Source: Eledone cirrhosa
Taxonomy: Eukaryota
Direction of reading: 5' to 3'
Length of the DNA stretch: 64,000 nucleotides
Assembly (NCBI GenBank): GCA_964016885.1
Contig: OZ024758.1
Coordinates: 33,294,001-33,358,000 of the forward strand
The notes under the pieces are model-generated. The model was not told where the DNA came from, made no database searches, and saw only the letters and a program-made list of their open reading frames with translations. The translations under genes were made by a program, and so were the position numbers. Below are positions 12,031 through 24,074 of this stretch, piece after piece. Every line of letters begins with the position of its first letter. Position 1 is the stretch's first letter.

Positions 12031-13695
12031 AACTGAGATGAAATATAATCAAAACTAATAGAAGTTAAGTGAAAATAACTCAAGGAAGCCAGTAGCATGG
12101 ATTTGGATAACAAATTTAGTAAAGGATGTACAAAAGTCCATTCAGAATAGATTCCATACAGAATAAATTAAAATTCCCCTTAGTAATCATTAGCGGTAAT
12201 CATTAGCAACTCTGAATAAAAAGGAAGCAGGGGTCAAATTGTGCTCCTTTATTGTCAAAAACATAACTTAGCAATAACACTGAACAGAATGAGTAACAGA
12301 TTGCAACATATAATGAAGTTGACATGATCAACTAGACCAGAAACCTTTTGAGGTAGTAATCCTGCATGGCCACGGTCTAATGACTAAAACTAACAAAAAA
12401 AAAGGAAAAGAGAAAGAAAGAAGAAAGCAAGAAAGAAAGAATACCTAATAGATAAAACTAAAACCAATACAACAATAAAAAAAATAACTACTTGGTGATT
12501 TTGTTTTTATTTTTGTTGTTTTGCTTTTTGCAAAAGCAAAATACCTAATTAATCTCTAGAGGACTTTTAATGAAGACTTCAATCAAATACTTGTATTAAA
12601 ACAAGAGCATAAGCTATGAAATGTTTTCAAAATAAACACTATTCCTTGTGACATAAGACTGGACAAGAGAAAAGCATCACTTAACTGAAGTTTAAGACGT
12701 TCTGTTTAATCATTCCTGTGAATCTAATCTTTCTTAGAAAGTAATTACTAAAATTATAAAGTTATATCTTTCCTCTAAGCATCTTTTATTGCCAATTATT
12801 TCAGAAATAATCATCATCATTGCCATAATTTTTAAATGCAGTTATATACAGTGAATGTGTTGGAGATTTTTTATTTTAAATGTATCTGCCTATTCACAAA
12901 CGTAACCGCTATGCTACAAAATAAAATAAAATAAAACATTTTTAAAATGTCATAGTTAAATGAAATGGAGAAAGCTGAAGGACAAACATAAATTAACATA
13001 ACCACGAGAGGAAGGGGTGTTAGTGGTGGTGGTGATAGATGGGTGATTGATAGACAGGCAGACAGACAAGAGACATATGCAAACCATATATTATAAAATC
13101 GGTTGTGTGTGGATATGTGTGTCAATTAAACCAGTTATGGAAGAAAGCTAGAAAGGGTTGTTACAAAGAAATAGAGAGACAAGCCAGAAGCAATTAAGAG
13201 AAGCAGGTGACAAACTGCAACAGTTTATGAGTATTCTGCATTTATATTGAAATACTTTGTTACCAAGGTATGGTGAAGGGGATGATATAAGAATGAAGCC
13301 AACATCTGTTGTGTAATTATTTACATTACATATCATGTCTCTTCCTACTATTTAATAGTAGTTTGTTTTATTTTCATGGTAGAAGTAATCTTGTATTGTT
13401 TGTGGGAAAGTGGACATAAAAAAAATGAAAGTTTGAATCCAGTTAAGTTTAGTATTCACAAAAAGGATTTTTCTTTCCTTCTACCATCATCTAAATTCAT
13501 CTTCAAAGTAATCTAAAGCATATTGTTTGTTCTTCTTACACTTGCTACATCATCTACTGGCATAGTTTTCCATATTTTTATATCTTCCATTCATGAAACA
13601 TTTAGTGAATTTAAGTCAGTTATGTATAAACGTAACTGTATGTGAAAAATGAAATGAATTAGAGGTATTCTTTGCCCACCAATCTGGATGTGCTG

Positions 13696-13980
13696 ACCCT
13701 TTAGTATTTACATTATTCTTTATTTACTTTTTTTTTTTTCACAGTAAAGACTTTACCTCACATAATATTGAATCTATGAGATTTTGATATTTATTTTGAG
13801 AACAATACCTTAACATCAGTATGAGTGGCTGGTTATGGCCAGTTTGAACAGAAAGAAGTGAGAGAATTGGAGACGGTTTCTTCTGACAGGACCGACTGGA
13901 AGGGGTGTTAGGACTCTGCCCCAACCACCCTCTCAGGAATAAATGGGTGAAGAAGAATGAGGGGGAGGAGGAGGAGAACT
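13696..13980. mobile_element. Partial TTAA-MITE A followed by an RTE-family 3' tail (13870-13980)
   Basis: MITE body gagattttgatatttattttgagaacaataccttaac; tail ctgacaggacc..accctctcaggaataa shared with 55310-55400. Confidence 0.55.
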
Positions 13981-14044
13981 AATTATACTACAAAACCTAA
14001 TACATTATATAATAGCATTGATAACTATCTTTCTAGTTTCCGTC

Positions 14045-14238
14045 AAAACAGTTCCAGTGAAAACACAGTGAAAACAGTTACAGTAAAAACAGCTACGACG
14101 AAAACAGTTCCAGTAAAAACAGCTACGACGAAAACAGTTACAGTAAAAACAGCTACGACGAAAACAGTTACAGTAAAAACAGTTACGGCGAAAACAGTTA
14201 CAGCGAAAACAGTTACGGTGAAAACAGTTACAGTAAAG
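14045..14238. repeat. 15-bp minisatellite (aaaacagYtacRRYR)n
   Basis: About 13 units; source of the spurious TVKTA ORFs. Confidence 0.85.
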
Positions 14239-14321
14239 TAAAAAAACACTTGGATAATAAGGATTTCTTTTGTAAGTTACAATATCACAGCTTTACAAAT
14301 ATTATCTGGATATACAAGTAT

Positions 14322-14445
14322 AATTGTTTCTACTTTTGGCACAAGGCCAGCAATTATCTGATTTCAACTCAGACCATAAAGGAACGTAACTTTGCTGTAA
14401 AGCATGGCAACTGACCCTCTACCCAAACTGCCAATCCACCGCCTT
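14322..14445 (-). mobile_element. tRNA-derived SINE (family A), internally deleted
   Basis: Both head (ggcggtggattggcag) and tail (gtagaaacaatt) present on the minus strand. Confidence 0.65.
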
Positions 14446-14914
14446 GGACATACAAATATTATGAATAGATAATAGTACAGATGTCATGTTAAAATATGTA
14501 TGAGTATATGTGTGTGTGTGAGTGTACACGCTTGTGGATGTGTGTTTGTGGTATGTGTGTACATGCATATATATGTATGTGTGTGTGTGTGCTACTACAT
14601 ACATCAAATACATATTATGTAAGATATGTTCTCATCTATCTATAATATATCATACAAAACCATAAATATTTAAAAGAATTGTAAATCAAGATCTGACCCC
14701 TACAACATAATATTCTCTTTGACCAACATCATAATTTATTTTAATTGATTTTAAAATCCAGTGTCAAGTTTGTTTCATAGCAAATAGATTTTTAAAATGG
14801 AATTCAGACACCTACAAACTTACAACTGAATTTTGTTGATTCCAAAAATAAAACTTTCTTTTTTTCACCTTAGCAATTCTGAAACTAGTTGAAATGAATT
14901 GAAACTATCTTTTA

Positions 14915-15575
14915 CAGAGACATAAGTAATGGCAGCAACTAGACAGAAGGATGAAATGAACATACAGTGCCAAGGTGCCAGGCTTGAACAAGTCGAGAAG
15001 TTCAAATACCTTGGTTCAATACTTGAACAGACGGCAGAGGGAAGTTAGGAAATAAGGGTGAGACTAAAAACTACAAGAACAGTCCTGAGCACACTCAGCA
15101 GCTTTTGGAAGGATAGAACGCTTACAAAGTTCACCAAACAGTAATCAAAACATTAGTGTGGCCGGTAGGTCTATATGGTTGTGAGTCATGGACTTTAAAG
15201 GCATCTGACTTGAAACAACTGAGTGCATTTGAAATGTCATGCTATAGGTGTACGCTTAGAATTAGCTAGACAGCTCACAAAACAAATGAATCTGTCCTGG
15301 AAGAGATCAGTGCCAATCAACAGTTGAAACAGTAAGGAAAGGAAATTTCAGTGTTTTGGTCATGTCATCAGGGACCAAAATTTGACTTCTCACATCCTTG
15401 AAGGACGAATTCAAGGGAAAAGGGCCAGGAGACGACAGAAAAGGAGATCGATAGATGATATTAAGGAATGGACAGGAGTTTGGTGGAATGTATAGCAATG
15501 GCAAGAGACAGAAACATATAGCGTCCATGAGTCCAAGACCCCCGACTCTCAGATATGAGGATGGGATGAGGTTAA
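14915..15575 (+). pseudogene. RTE (BovB-like) LINE 3' fragment, degenerate
   Basis: VEKFKYLGS, LYGCESWTLK and AFEMSCYR motifs, with stops and frameshifts. Confidence 0.7.
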
Positions 15576-15684
15576 GGTTATTTATTTATTTGAGTTGTGA
15601 AGCTTGGATTCTATGGAGAAAATATTGTTAATATTCTGTAAACATGTAAGCTGTACATAAGTGGTGAGTAATATAATTTCTTAT

Positions 15685-16080
15685 TCTTCTCCTCCTTTTT
15701 CTCCAACTTACCCCTGAGACGGTCATGGGGGTAGATCCTCAAACACTCCTTCCAGATGGTCCTGTCAGAAGCAACCATCTTCAACTTATCCAGCTGGATC
15801 TCCAATTGAGACCAGCCAAGCTCATGGATGTTATCCAACCATCTTGCTCGGGGTCTATGCCCTGATCTCCTACCAGTTAGTTGTGCCCCCCATAAAATCT
15901 GTCCAGCGATTCTTTCCTGAAATATTCTAACCATAAGCCCACAGTATCGGAGCTGTGATCTCTCAATTCTGACCATGGTGAAGCGGAGGAAGTTGAGGTG
16001 GTTTGGGCATTTAACAAGATTGGACGGACTCTCTTGAGGGAAAGAGAAGGCGAGCCAGACAACGTACCTGACTGTACGGG
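15685..16080 (-). mobile_element. RTE-clade LINE 3' fragment
   Basis: RIERSQLRYCG..GRRSGHRPRARWLDNI (ORF 15611-15976); same family at 55030-55410 (+) and 61010-61345 (-). Confidence 0.7.
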
Positions 16081-16744
16081 GAATTTGTGCTTCTAAAGTT
16101 TACACAGGTTTGCAATACATTAGCTGAAAAGTTCATAGGCTGACTATGAAGAAGTGATGCTAAAGTAGTGAAATCTTGCATGCATTAATTCCAAATCTTA
16201 ATAACTGCATTGTTCCTTTCCAAAGACTATGTTGAAAAATAAACCTCATTTGGTCATTCCATGAGAGTATCTTGGTGAAGACCATCATCATCATCATTTT
16301 ACATAAATATTATTTTGTTTTACTTTTAGCTCTATAGCTAACTATCTCTCTCTTCTAAAAGATTTCAAGGGCAAGATGGTGACATGGATTAGGGCATCAT
16401 ATTACAAGAACAAGGGCATGTCAGACAATATTTGATTCCATCCCTTTACAACCTATTTTCAAATCCTTCTAAGATTATTTTTATAGTATGTCTTTCCAGT
16501 GATCAATAAAATAACAATTTATGGTAAATAATCTCACCAACCCACAACAGGCCAAGTGTGGTGAGTACAGCTACAACCCTGACCAAAACCAAACAGAAAG
16601 TGATGGAGGTCAACCAGGGAGGCGTTTCTCCAACAGGGGTGAGAAGGCCCAGGATTGGATTGGAAGTGAGATTAAGTTTTTTTCTCTCACATATAGCTTA
16701 GTGGGAAATCAGTTTTTGTTAAAATGTAACAAAACTTTAACACT

Positions 16745-17150
16745 TTAACACTTTTGATACCAGCCAAAACTGACCTGGTTCTATGAAAGAAAACTACCCA
16801 CTTTAAGAATTTTACCAACTTATATTAAAATCTTCCAACATAGTTGTTAAGTTATTTATAATGAAATAAGTATTTTAGTAAATCCCTCAAAATGTTCAAC
16901 ACCCAGTTGAAATGGGTCAACACCCAGTACACACTGTAAATGTGATTGGTAAGGAGGAAGGGCATCCAGTTGTAGAAACCAAGCTGAAATCAGTCCTGTA
17001 TGAGCTACACACAGTCATCTGAACTGGCTTATCTCATAACAGGACAACTTGTCTAACCCATGCTGGCGTGAAATAACAGGCGTTAAACGGTGATGATGCT
17101 GTGATGTATATATATTTTTTAAATTAGAAATGCAGCCATGAAAGGGTTAA
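16745..17150. mobile_element. TTAA-MITE family B containing an RTE 3' tail (~16900-17105)
   Basis: Ends ttaacacttttgatacc...gaaagggttaa; internal aacccatgctggcgtg..gttaaacggtgatgatg. Confidence 0.55.
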
Positions 17151-17959
17151 GAGATAAAGAAAGAAAAGCAAGCAGGAATAAAAACAATGGAAGAATTGAT
17201 TGAAAGATAAAAATGACATAATGGCACAATGCAATACCTATAGTAGGTGTTGAACACATTCCTTATGATCAAAAATCTAGAAAGTTAACCACATAGGCTG
17301 AAATACTGTGTTTATATTGTATTTATATTGCTATAGCTAAGAAAGTGGCAAAGCTGAAACGAAAGAATCTCATACTGATCAATGATATGAAGGTAACATC
17401 TCAGATCTGACAGTTACAATCCATATGTCTTCTGATATTACATTCAATTGAATCAGTCTTTTCATTTCTTGGTTAGATTCAAAAGAAAGAAATGATAAAT
17501 GCTAGAAATATGGCCTTTATTATTATTAGTTTTGGCAGTACAAATGCTGTAAAGAAATTATTCTTTGGTTATTGTGAGATATAAAATGGCATATTTTTTC
17601 AAGGTAATATAAACCTGTTCAAGCTGTCAAAATATCAGATTCGAAAACCTTCATAAAATTTGGTCAGGCTTGCATCAAGAATGTATGTCATTGTTAACCA
17701 CATCAAATAGTGACATTTCTTACTGACATTCTATGGTCAGAAGAGAATATGATGCCCATTGCTTATATACTTCTACAAAGTTCTATACTTCTATACTAGT
17801 TACACATTAGATTAGCAGAGATTTATTGATGGAAGAAACTGAAAACTAGGCAAGTTAAACAAACTAAGCAACACGACTATGAAATTCTTATGAAATACAT
17901 AACTGTATGAGAATTCGGAGAGAATTCTTCAAATTATCAAATAATATGAAATTTGCTCT

Positions 17960-18343
17960 ACACAAGCTGACCTTGTCCAATTGCACCTCTCAAAGACGAT
18001 AACACAGGACCGAGATATCTGGTGTTACACAGTAATATAAAAGACCCAACTTCCCATGGGCACAGGCTGAAGCTGAAGCTTATAGACAGTATACCCCCAC
18101 CCTCCCACTGTAAAGGTGGGCAAAAAAGCACCCAGTCCACACTAAGTTGGTCATGTGGGTGTCATGACAAAAGGTACCCAGTACTCACTGTAAATGGGGT
18201 TGGCGTTGGGAAGGGCATTCAGTTGTAGAAACAAGGCTAAAGTCAATTCAGTATGAGCAAGACATGGTCACCTGACCTAGCATTGCCCACGACAAGACAA
18301 CTCATCTAGCGTGGAAAAATGGACGTAAAACAGTGATGATGAT
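17960..18343 (+). mobile_element. RTE LINE 3' end
   Basis: ADLVQLHLSKT remnant, followed by the UTR ending ggacgtaaaacagtgatgatgat. Confidence 0.65.
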
Positions 18344-18819
18344 ATTGGTCTGGAATAAGAAGCAATTTAGAGACACAAATCCAATAGTGTTGACAAGTGA
18401 AGTCCATACTTTACTAAAGAGACTTCATAAGACTGAAATATGCCCACTGTAGTTATCTCCTATACTTACTGAATTATACAATATTTACTGTTCTAAAATG
18501 AGAAGCAAAATAGAAACACAAATCAAATAGTATTGGCAAGTTGAGCGAAGCCCGTACTATGCTAAGGAGATTAAAATATGTCCTGTCCATGATGAAATTA
18601 ATATTTAACCATTGAGCTAATGTTGTCTTTTCCTCACAGCCTAAGTATTTATATTTTTAATGCTCACTACATTAAATGTTAATACTATCTTTACTATTTT
18701 TTCATGTGGATATCATCTCCGAGTAATAAACCTTTCTCTTAATATGCTAGTCAGTCAAAAACAGACTACTTTAAACAAGCCTATAACAACAAAAGCACCA
18801 ACTTTGAGCCAGTTTCTTA

Positions 18820-19014
18820 CGAATGTCAGCTGAAAAGTTCATAGGCTGACCAAGATACTCTCATGGAATGACCAAATGAGGTTTATTTTTCAACATAGTC
18901 CCTGGAAAGAAACAATGCAGTTATTAATAAGAGTTGAAATTAATGCATGCAAGATTTCACTGCTCTAGCATCACTCCTTCATAGTCAGCTTTTGAACTTT
19001 TCAGCCGACCCTAG
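18820..19014. mobile_element. Mariner-type MITE, TA TSD
   Basis: ~30-bp TIRs gtcagctgaaaagttcataggctgac / gtcagcttttgaacttttcagccgac flanked by TA; partial copies at ~4350-4460, ~16115-16280 and ~19255-19293. Confidence 0.75.
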
Positions 19015-19729
19015 TATTTAATGAACACCAAATTATATTTGTTAATAAATAATGTGGGATACACGTGGAGTTTTATAGCAGTCTCAGATATTTTAGATCA
19101 GTGTTAATACTTTTCTCAGCCAACATGTGACAAATATTACTGTCTCTGGCAATGGGCTTCACAATATCTAACAGTCTGGTAGAGTTTATATGGTATTGGA
19201 ATAACAAATGACCAACTATAGATCCCTATGGAACTTTATGATTGACATATTTCTTCATTGTCAGCCTATGAACTTTTTAGCCCATTCTTGTATTATAGTC
19301 TTCTGGTGAATGGCTTTTAGACCCAAAATATGAAGACAGCTAAATAAAATAACAGGTAACACACCAATATCTTCGTTGCCTTCAATTTATTTAAGCAAGA
19401 TATTTTCATAGTGTTATTCTAGCATTGCTGAAAGTATAAAAGAATTAGCACTTTACAACAGCTAAGTTATATTAGTGAACATTTTACAATAACTCAAGTG
19501 ATAAATCTGTTGAACAAGTCAGCATATAGAAGCATTTGCAAGGGTTATTTCATTTGTTGTTATATGGCAGGTTGTCAAATATAGAAACAAAAATAAAAAA
19601 ATTCTATATATGATACACTATCAGCTCTTGCCACTTTACCATATACAGATTTAGATGAGAAAGGAAGTGATAGAAAGGAAATGATAGAGAGGAAGTGAGA
19701 AAGAGATAGGGGAAGAATAGAGCCCAGTA

Positions 19730-19870
19730 CTGGATTAGTATTTATTGACTTTGAAAGGGTGACAGGCAAAGTTAACCTCAAATGATTTTGAACTTAGAAT
19801 GCAGAGAGCTGCAACGCTTACCACAAAGCTTTTCATCCAACATTCTAACAACTCTGCCAATTCCTTGCCT
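19730..19870 (-). mobile_element. tRNA-derived SINE (family A-related), diverged
   Basis: ggcaaagttaacctc..tttgaact..ctgccaattc. Confidence 0.5.
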
Positions 19871-20732
19871 TTAAAAACCAATGTTCTGTAGTATTTAACT
19901 TTTCCCTTCTCTCCTCTGACCCACTCAGCAAAGAAAAGAAAGTTATTAGCACAGACCATCTAAATGTATTACTGTAGAAACTAAACGTATTACAGAAAAA
20001 TATCCAAGCTTCATTAATACTAGCTTCTGGACAAAGTATAGAAAGATTAAGAAGTGTGGCAGAAAAGCTTTCCATAATGGAAGTCTGCAATTGAAAACAA
20101 TGATGAATCGGAACAGTTAATCATCCTGTATTGCATAGGAGGAAAATAAAGGATTTATGACAGTAGCTCCGAAGAGAAACCAAGTTTTTAGAAGTTTTGT
20201 CTATGATAAATAAAAATGAATATTTAGAAAAAAAAATGATTTACAATGAAATTAGCTGGTATTTATTGCAATGGATCAAAAATATATATTTATAGAAACA
20301 GCCTCCTATACAAACTTTTTCTCTCTTAAACAAACTATTTGAGCAAACGTTATTTACTGTTTATGAAGCAAAAAAAATATTAACTTCTCAAAACAAAGCT
20401 ATATATATAAGAATAAATAATTTAAAATAATGCAAACAAATTAAAATAAATGACTGATTTCGTAAACATTCTAAATAGCAAGATATATGTTTATCTCATT
20501 AAAAAAAGCAGACAGGTTTCTCAAGAGAGATAAGAAAACTAACTCATATTTAAAATGAAATGAGCTTCTACTATTTACTGCTAAATGATAACTCACCTGA
20601 CCTTCTCGTCTCCGTATACTTATTTCAATACGCACTCAAGAGGCTGCATTAAGTATCTAGATTTTACTCATATGTTACTTCATCTACTAAATTCTATACT
20701 GAATCATTTGTAAAATAAATCTGAATTATCAT

Positions 20733-20783
20733 ATCATCATCATTCAACATCTATTTTTCAACGCTAGCATGGGTTAGACAAAA
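20733..20783 (-). mobile_element. RTE LINE extreme 3' tail fused downstream of the 5S copy
   Basis: Minus strand reads tgtctaacccatgctagcgttgaaaaatagatgttgaatgatgatgat. Confidence 0.75.
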
Positions 20784-20789
20784 CAGAAA

Positions 20790-20907
20790 TGCTTACAGCA
20801 CCTAGGTTTCCCAAGCGGTCACCCATCTAAGTATAACTAGGCTCGACGTTGCTTAACTTCAGTGATCAGATGAGAACCGGTGTTTTCAGTGTGATATGGC
20901 CATAAAT
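20790..20907 (-). rRNA. 5S rRNA copy, probable retropseudogene
   Basis: Minus strand tttatggccatatcacactgaaaacaccggttctcatctgatcactgaagttaagc...tacttagatgggtgaccgcttgggaaacctaggtgctgtaagc aligns end to end with the eukaryotic 5S consensus. It shows CpG-type decay and a 1-nt deletion. Confidence 0.9.
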
Positions 20908-20909
20908 AT

Positions 20910-21100
20910 AAGTTGATACAAATATAAGACAACCCCACTATTTTATGTCTGAGAAATGAGCAAAAATTCAAACCTTATTTACATAGAATTTGAAGTTGGT
21001 GAAAGCTGACAAAATATTGACCCCTGATTATAAGATGACCTCCCTTTTACCATGGATTTTTTGTCACATATTCTTCGGTTTATATTTGAGTATATTGAGG
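20910..21100. mobile_element. Probable Tc1/pogo-type MITE remnant
   Basis: Shares aaaccttatt..aatttgaagttg..ggtttatatttgagtata with ~1725-1850. Confidence 0.4.
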
Positions 21101-21106
21101 TTTAGT

Positions 21107-21230
21107 AATGGTTTCTTATATAGGCACAAGGCCTGCAATTTTGGGAGAGGGGGAAGTCAATTAAATCGACCCCAGTGCATGACTGGTACTTTATTTTATC
21201 GACCGTGAATGGCAAAGTTAACCTCGGATT
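21107..21230 (-). mobile_element. SINE family A 3' part
   Basis: ggcacaaggcc..actggtactttattttatcgacc..ggcaaagttaacctcgg. Confidence 0.65.
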
Positions 21231-21609
21231 GATATGATAATAATGATGGCGATTCCTTCAAAGCTGTTATTGCCTTTATGTATGTTTGGAGAAAGTGTCT
21301 ACAAACCTACTAAACATAAATATTACATCAGTTTATATTTCTTTCTAAGCACAAACAAAAGAGAAAAACACTAATATAAAATGAATATGAAATAAATACA
21401 TAGGTGAAGCTAATGTTCTAATCTCCAGCAGCTAATAAATTACCAGTTTCGTTTCTCTTTGAAAAAATTAAAAAAATTCAAAACGAAATATAGGTAATTT
21501 TATTGTTGAAGATAAAAATAAATAAAGATAGCCATATTTTAGAAATGTCAATACTACATCAAATTTCAAAAAGATTATATGAAGTTTACTGATATGTCTT
21601 GTAAACGTC

Positions 21610-21665
21610 TTCTCTCTCTCTCTCTCTATATATATATAGATATATATATATATATATATATATAT

Positions 21666-21704
<39 letters not shown>

Positions 21705-22305
21705 TATATATATATATATATATATAGATATATATAGATATATATAGATATATATAGATATATAGATATATATATATAGATATATATAGATATATATATA
21801 TAGATATATATAGATATATATAGATATATATATATAGAGATATATATAGAGATATATATATAGATATATATATATATATATATATATAGATATATATATA
21901 TATATATAGATATATATATAGATATAGATATATATATAGATATATATATAGATATAGATATATATATAGATATATATATATATATAGATATAGATATATA
22001 TATATATAGATATATAGATATATATATAGATATATATATAGATATATATATATAGAGATATATATATAGATATATATATATAGAGATATATATATAGATA
22101 TATATATATAGATATATATATATATAGAGATATATATATAGATATATATATATATATATATATAGATATAGATATATATATAGATATATATATATAGATA
22201 TATATATATAGATATATATATATATATATATAGATATATATATATAGATATATATATATAGATATATATATATATATAGATATATATATATAGATATATA
22301 TATAT

Positions 22306-22344
<39 letters not shown>

Positions 22345-22451
22345 TATATATATAGATATATATATAGATATATAGATATATAGATATAGATATATATATA
22401 TAGATATATATATATATAGATATATATATATATAGATATATATATAGATAT
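21610..22451. repeat. (TC)n then (TA)n/(TAGA)n compound microsatellite
   Basis: Direct reading. Confidence 0.95.
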
Positions 22452-22491
22452 ATAGAAAGATTTGAATGGATACAGTTTAGTTGAAAGGAAT

Positions 22492-22608
22492 TTATTGACA
22501 CGTGTTTCTATAACAGTTACATAACCTAAAACAGCTATCTACAAACTTTTAGTTATGCAGACATTCAATATTTCAATGTTATTATTTACTGTCATTTCAT
22601 CAGAATAA
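22492..22608 (-). ncRNA. Type-I hammerhead ribozyme with an enlarged stem II
   Basis: ttatt-CTGATGA-a-atgacagt..~70 nt..actgttat-a-GAAA-cacgtg-TC-aataa; palindromic stem III. Confidence 0.75.
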
Positions 22609-23177
22609 TATTACTGAGGACCTATTTAGTTTTTATAGAGAATATTAGGAGGGAGGGGGTGAAGTTGTTAGAAGAATAGTTGAAGGAGTGGTTTTTCGAT
22701 AGCAGTGAGAATTCTTGGTGGCAGTGAGTAATTAGATTCCCATCTGTTGTTTTGACATTTTTTTAATAGAATATATTATTGGTTATTTTTCTAAATCTAT
22801 AGAAGGATTAGAGATAGTAAAGATATGCGTGGTTGGTTTTGTGTTTGCACTTAATTAACATTCAGACTTAAATTTTTCTTTCAAGTGTACGTATCCTTTC
22901 ACCCACGCATTCACACACAAATATATTTGCACACCTCTACAAAATACATATACTCACAATTCACATATTCATACTTACATATATATACACATGCATACAC
23001 ATATATATACACACATGTATTCATGTACATACATACGCGCTCATGTGTATACATTTTCATACTCAACTTATCTTTATATACACACGTATAGACACACACA
23101 TATATACATACATACTCTAGTCCATGTGTACACGCATACACAAACATACACATCCATATACACATACATACATACAC

Positions 23178-23248
<71 letters not shown>

Positions 23249-23556
23249 TACACACACATACATATACACACACATATATATATATATATAAGCACTTTAA
23301 TACATGAATACACTTACATCTAACTATACACATCAAACATATATATATTACTTATTTATATACATTTTCACATATATATACATACTTATGGACGTTTTTA
23401 GACACATTCATTATCGCATATTTGTACCTATTCTCATCAGCATATCTTTTCATTATTAGTATGGTAATTTAAGGTTATTAATATATGTTGAGAAGAGATT
23501 GTTTTTATATTTTTCTAACTAGATTAAGGTTTATATAGTTGGGGGATGTCCCTCTT

Positions 23557-24074
23557 TTATGTAATATTCGGCTTGTAGTGGGAAAAAAGGGTTTTAGTTC
23601 TGTGACGGCAGAATAATGTTCGTTCAATTCTGTTATTCAGCAGTTTCTTCTTGTGTGTGATTATGTAATAAATCTCAAGATTACACAATTTGCAGAAATT
23701 TTGGCTCCTGGAAAAGCTTTGGGTTTTAGCTAATTTTTCCCATTTTAGGGTAAACTTTTGATTGCTATCCCTGAGCGTCCAAGCTTTTTCTGCTAAAGTT
23801 GTTACATTTCTTTGGCTCTGGTGTTTTATTGAGTAAGAATGCCTATACAATCGAGATTTAAACGATGTTGCCGTTGATCCCACGTAATACCACTCGTTGC
23901 CTCCGGATTTAATGGTACACTTATAAATAATATTTTTTTCCAGGCAGTTATTGCCGAGGGGGCAGTTGTCAGGATAGGTGCAGTTACAGTTGTGTACGTT
24001 GGGTTTTCTCTGGAGTAGTATTGCGGACGAACTTAGGTGTGGTTTATTTATGTTCTGTAGTGTATTGTCTACTG
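23557..24074 (-). CDS. PLE-A GIY-YIG endonuclease region (continues the RT ORF across an A-run frameshift)
   Basis: HNCNCTYPDNCPLGNNCLEKNIIYKC..YYVGSTATSFKSRLYRH..CKLCNLE..LLNNRIE..CRH. Confidence 0.85.

Noticed and set aside
13010-13080. Minus-strand similarity to the satellite unit (cttgtctgtctgcctgtctatc)
   Set aside because: Explained by shared (TCTR)n low-complexity origin.
19845-20100. Possible minus-strand exon after the acceptor-like ttttcaattgcag
   Set aside because: No recognisable protein motif or partner exon; cannot be supported without RNA data.
20591-20700. Possible minus-strand host exon ending at a strong CAG/GTGAGT donor
   Set aside because: Stops in all frames from the nearby acceptors; at most a non-coding exon, with no support.
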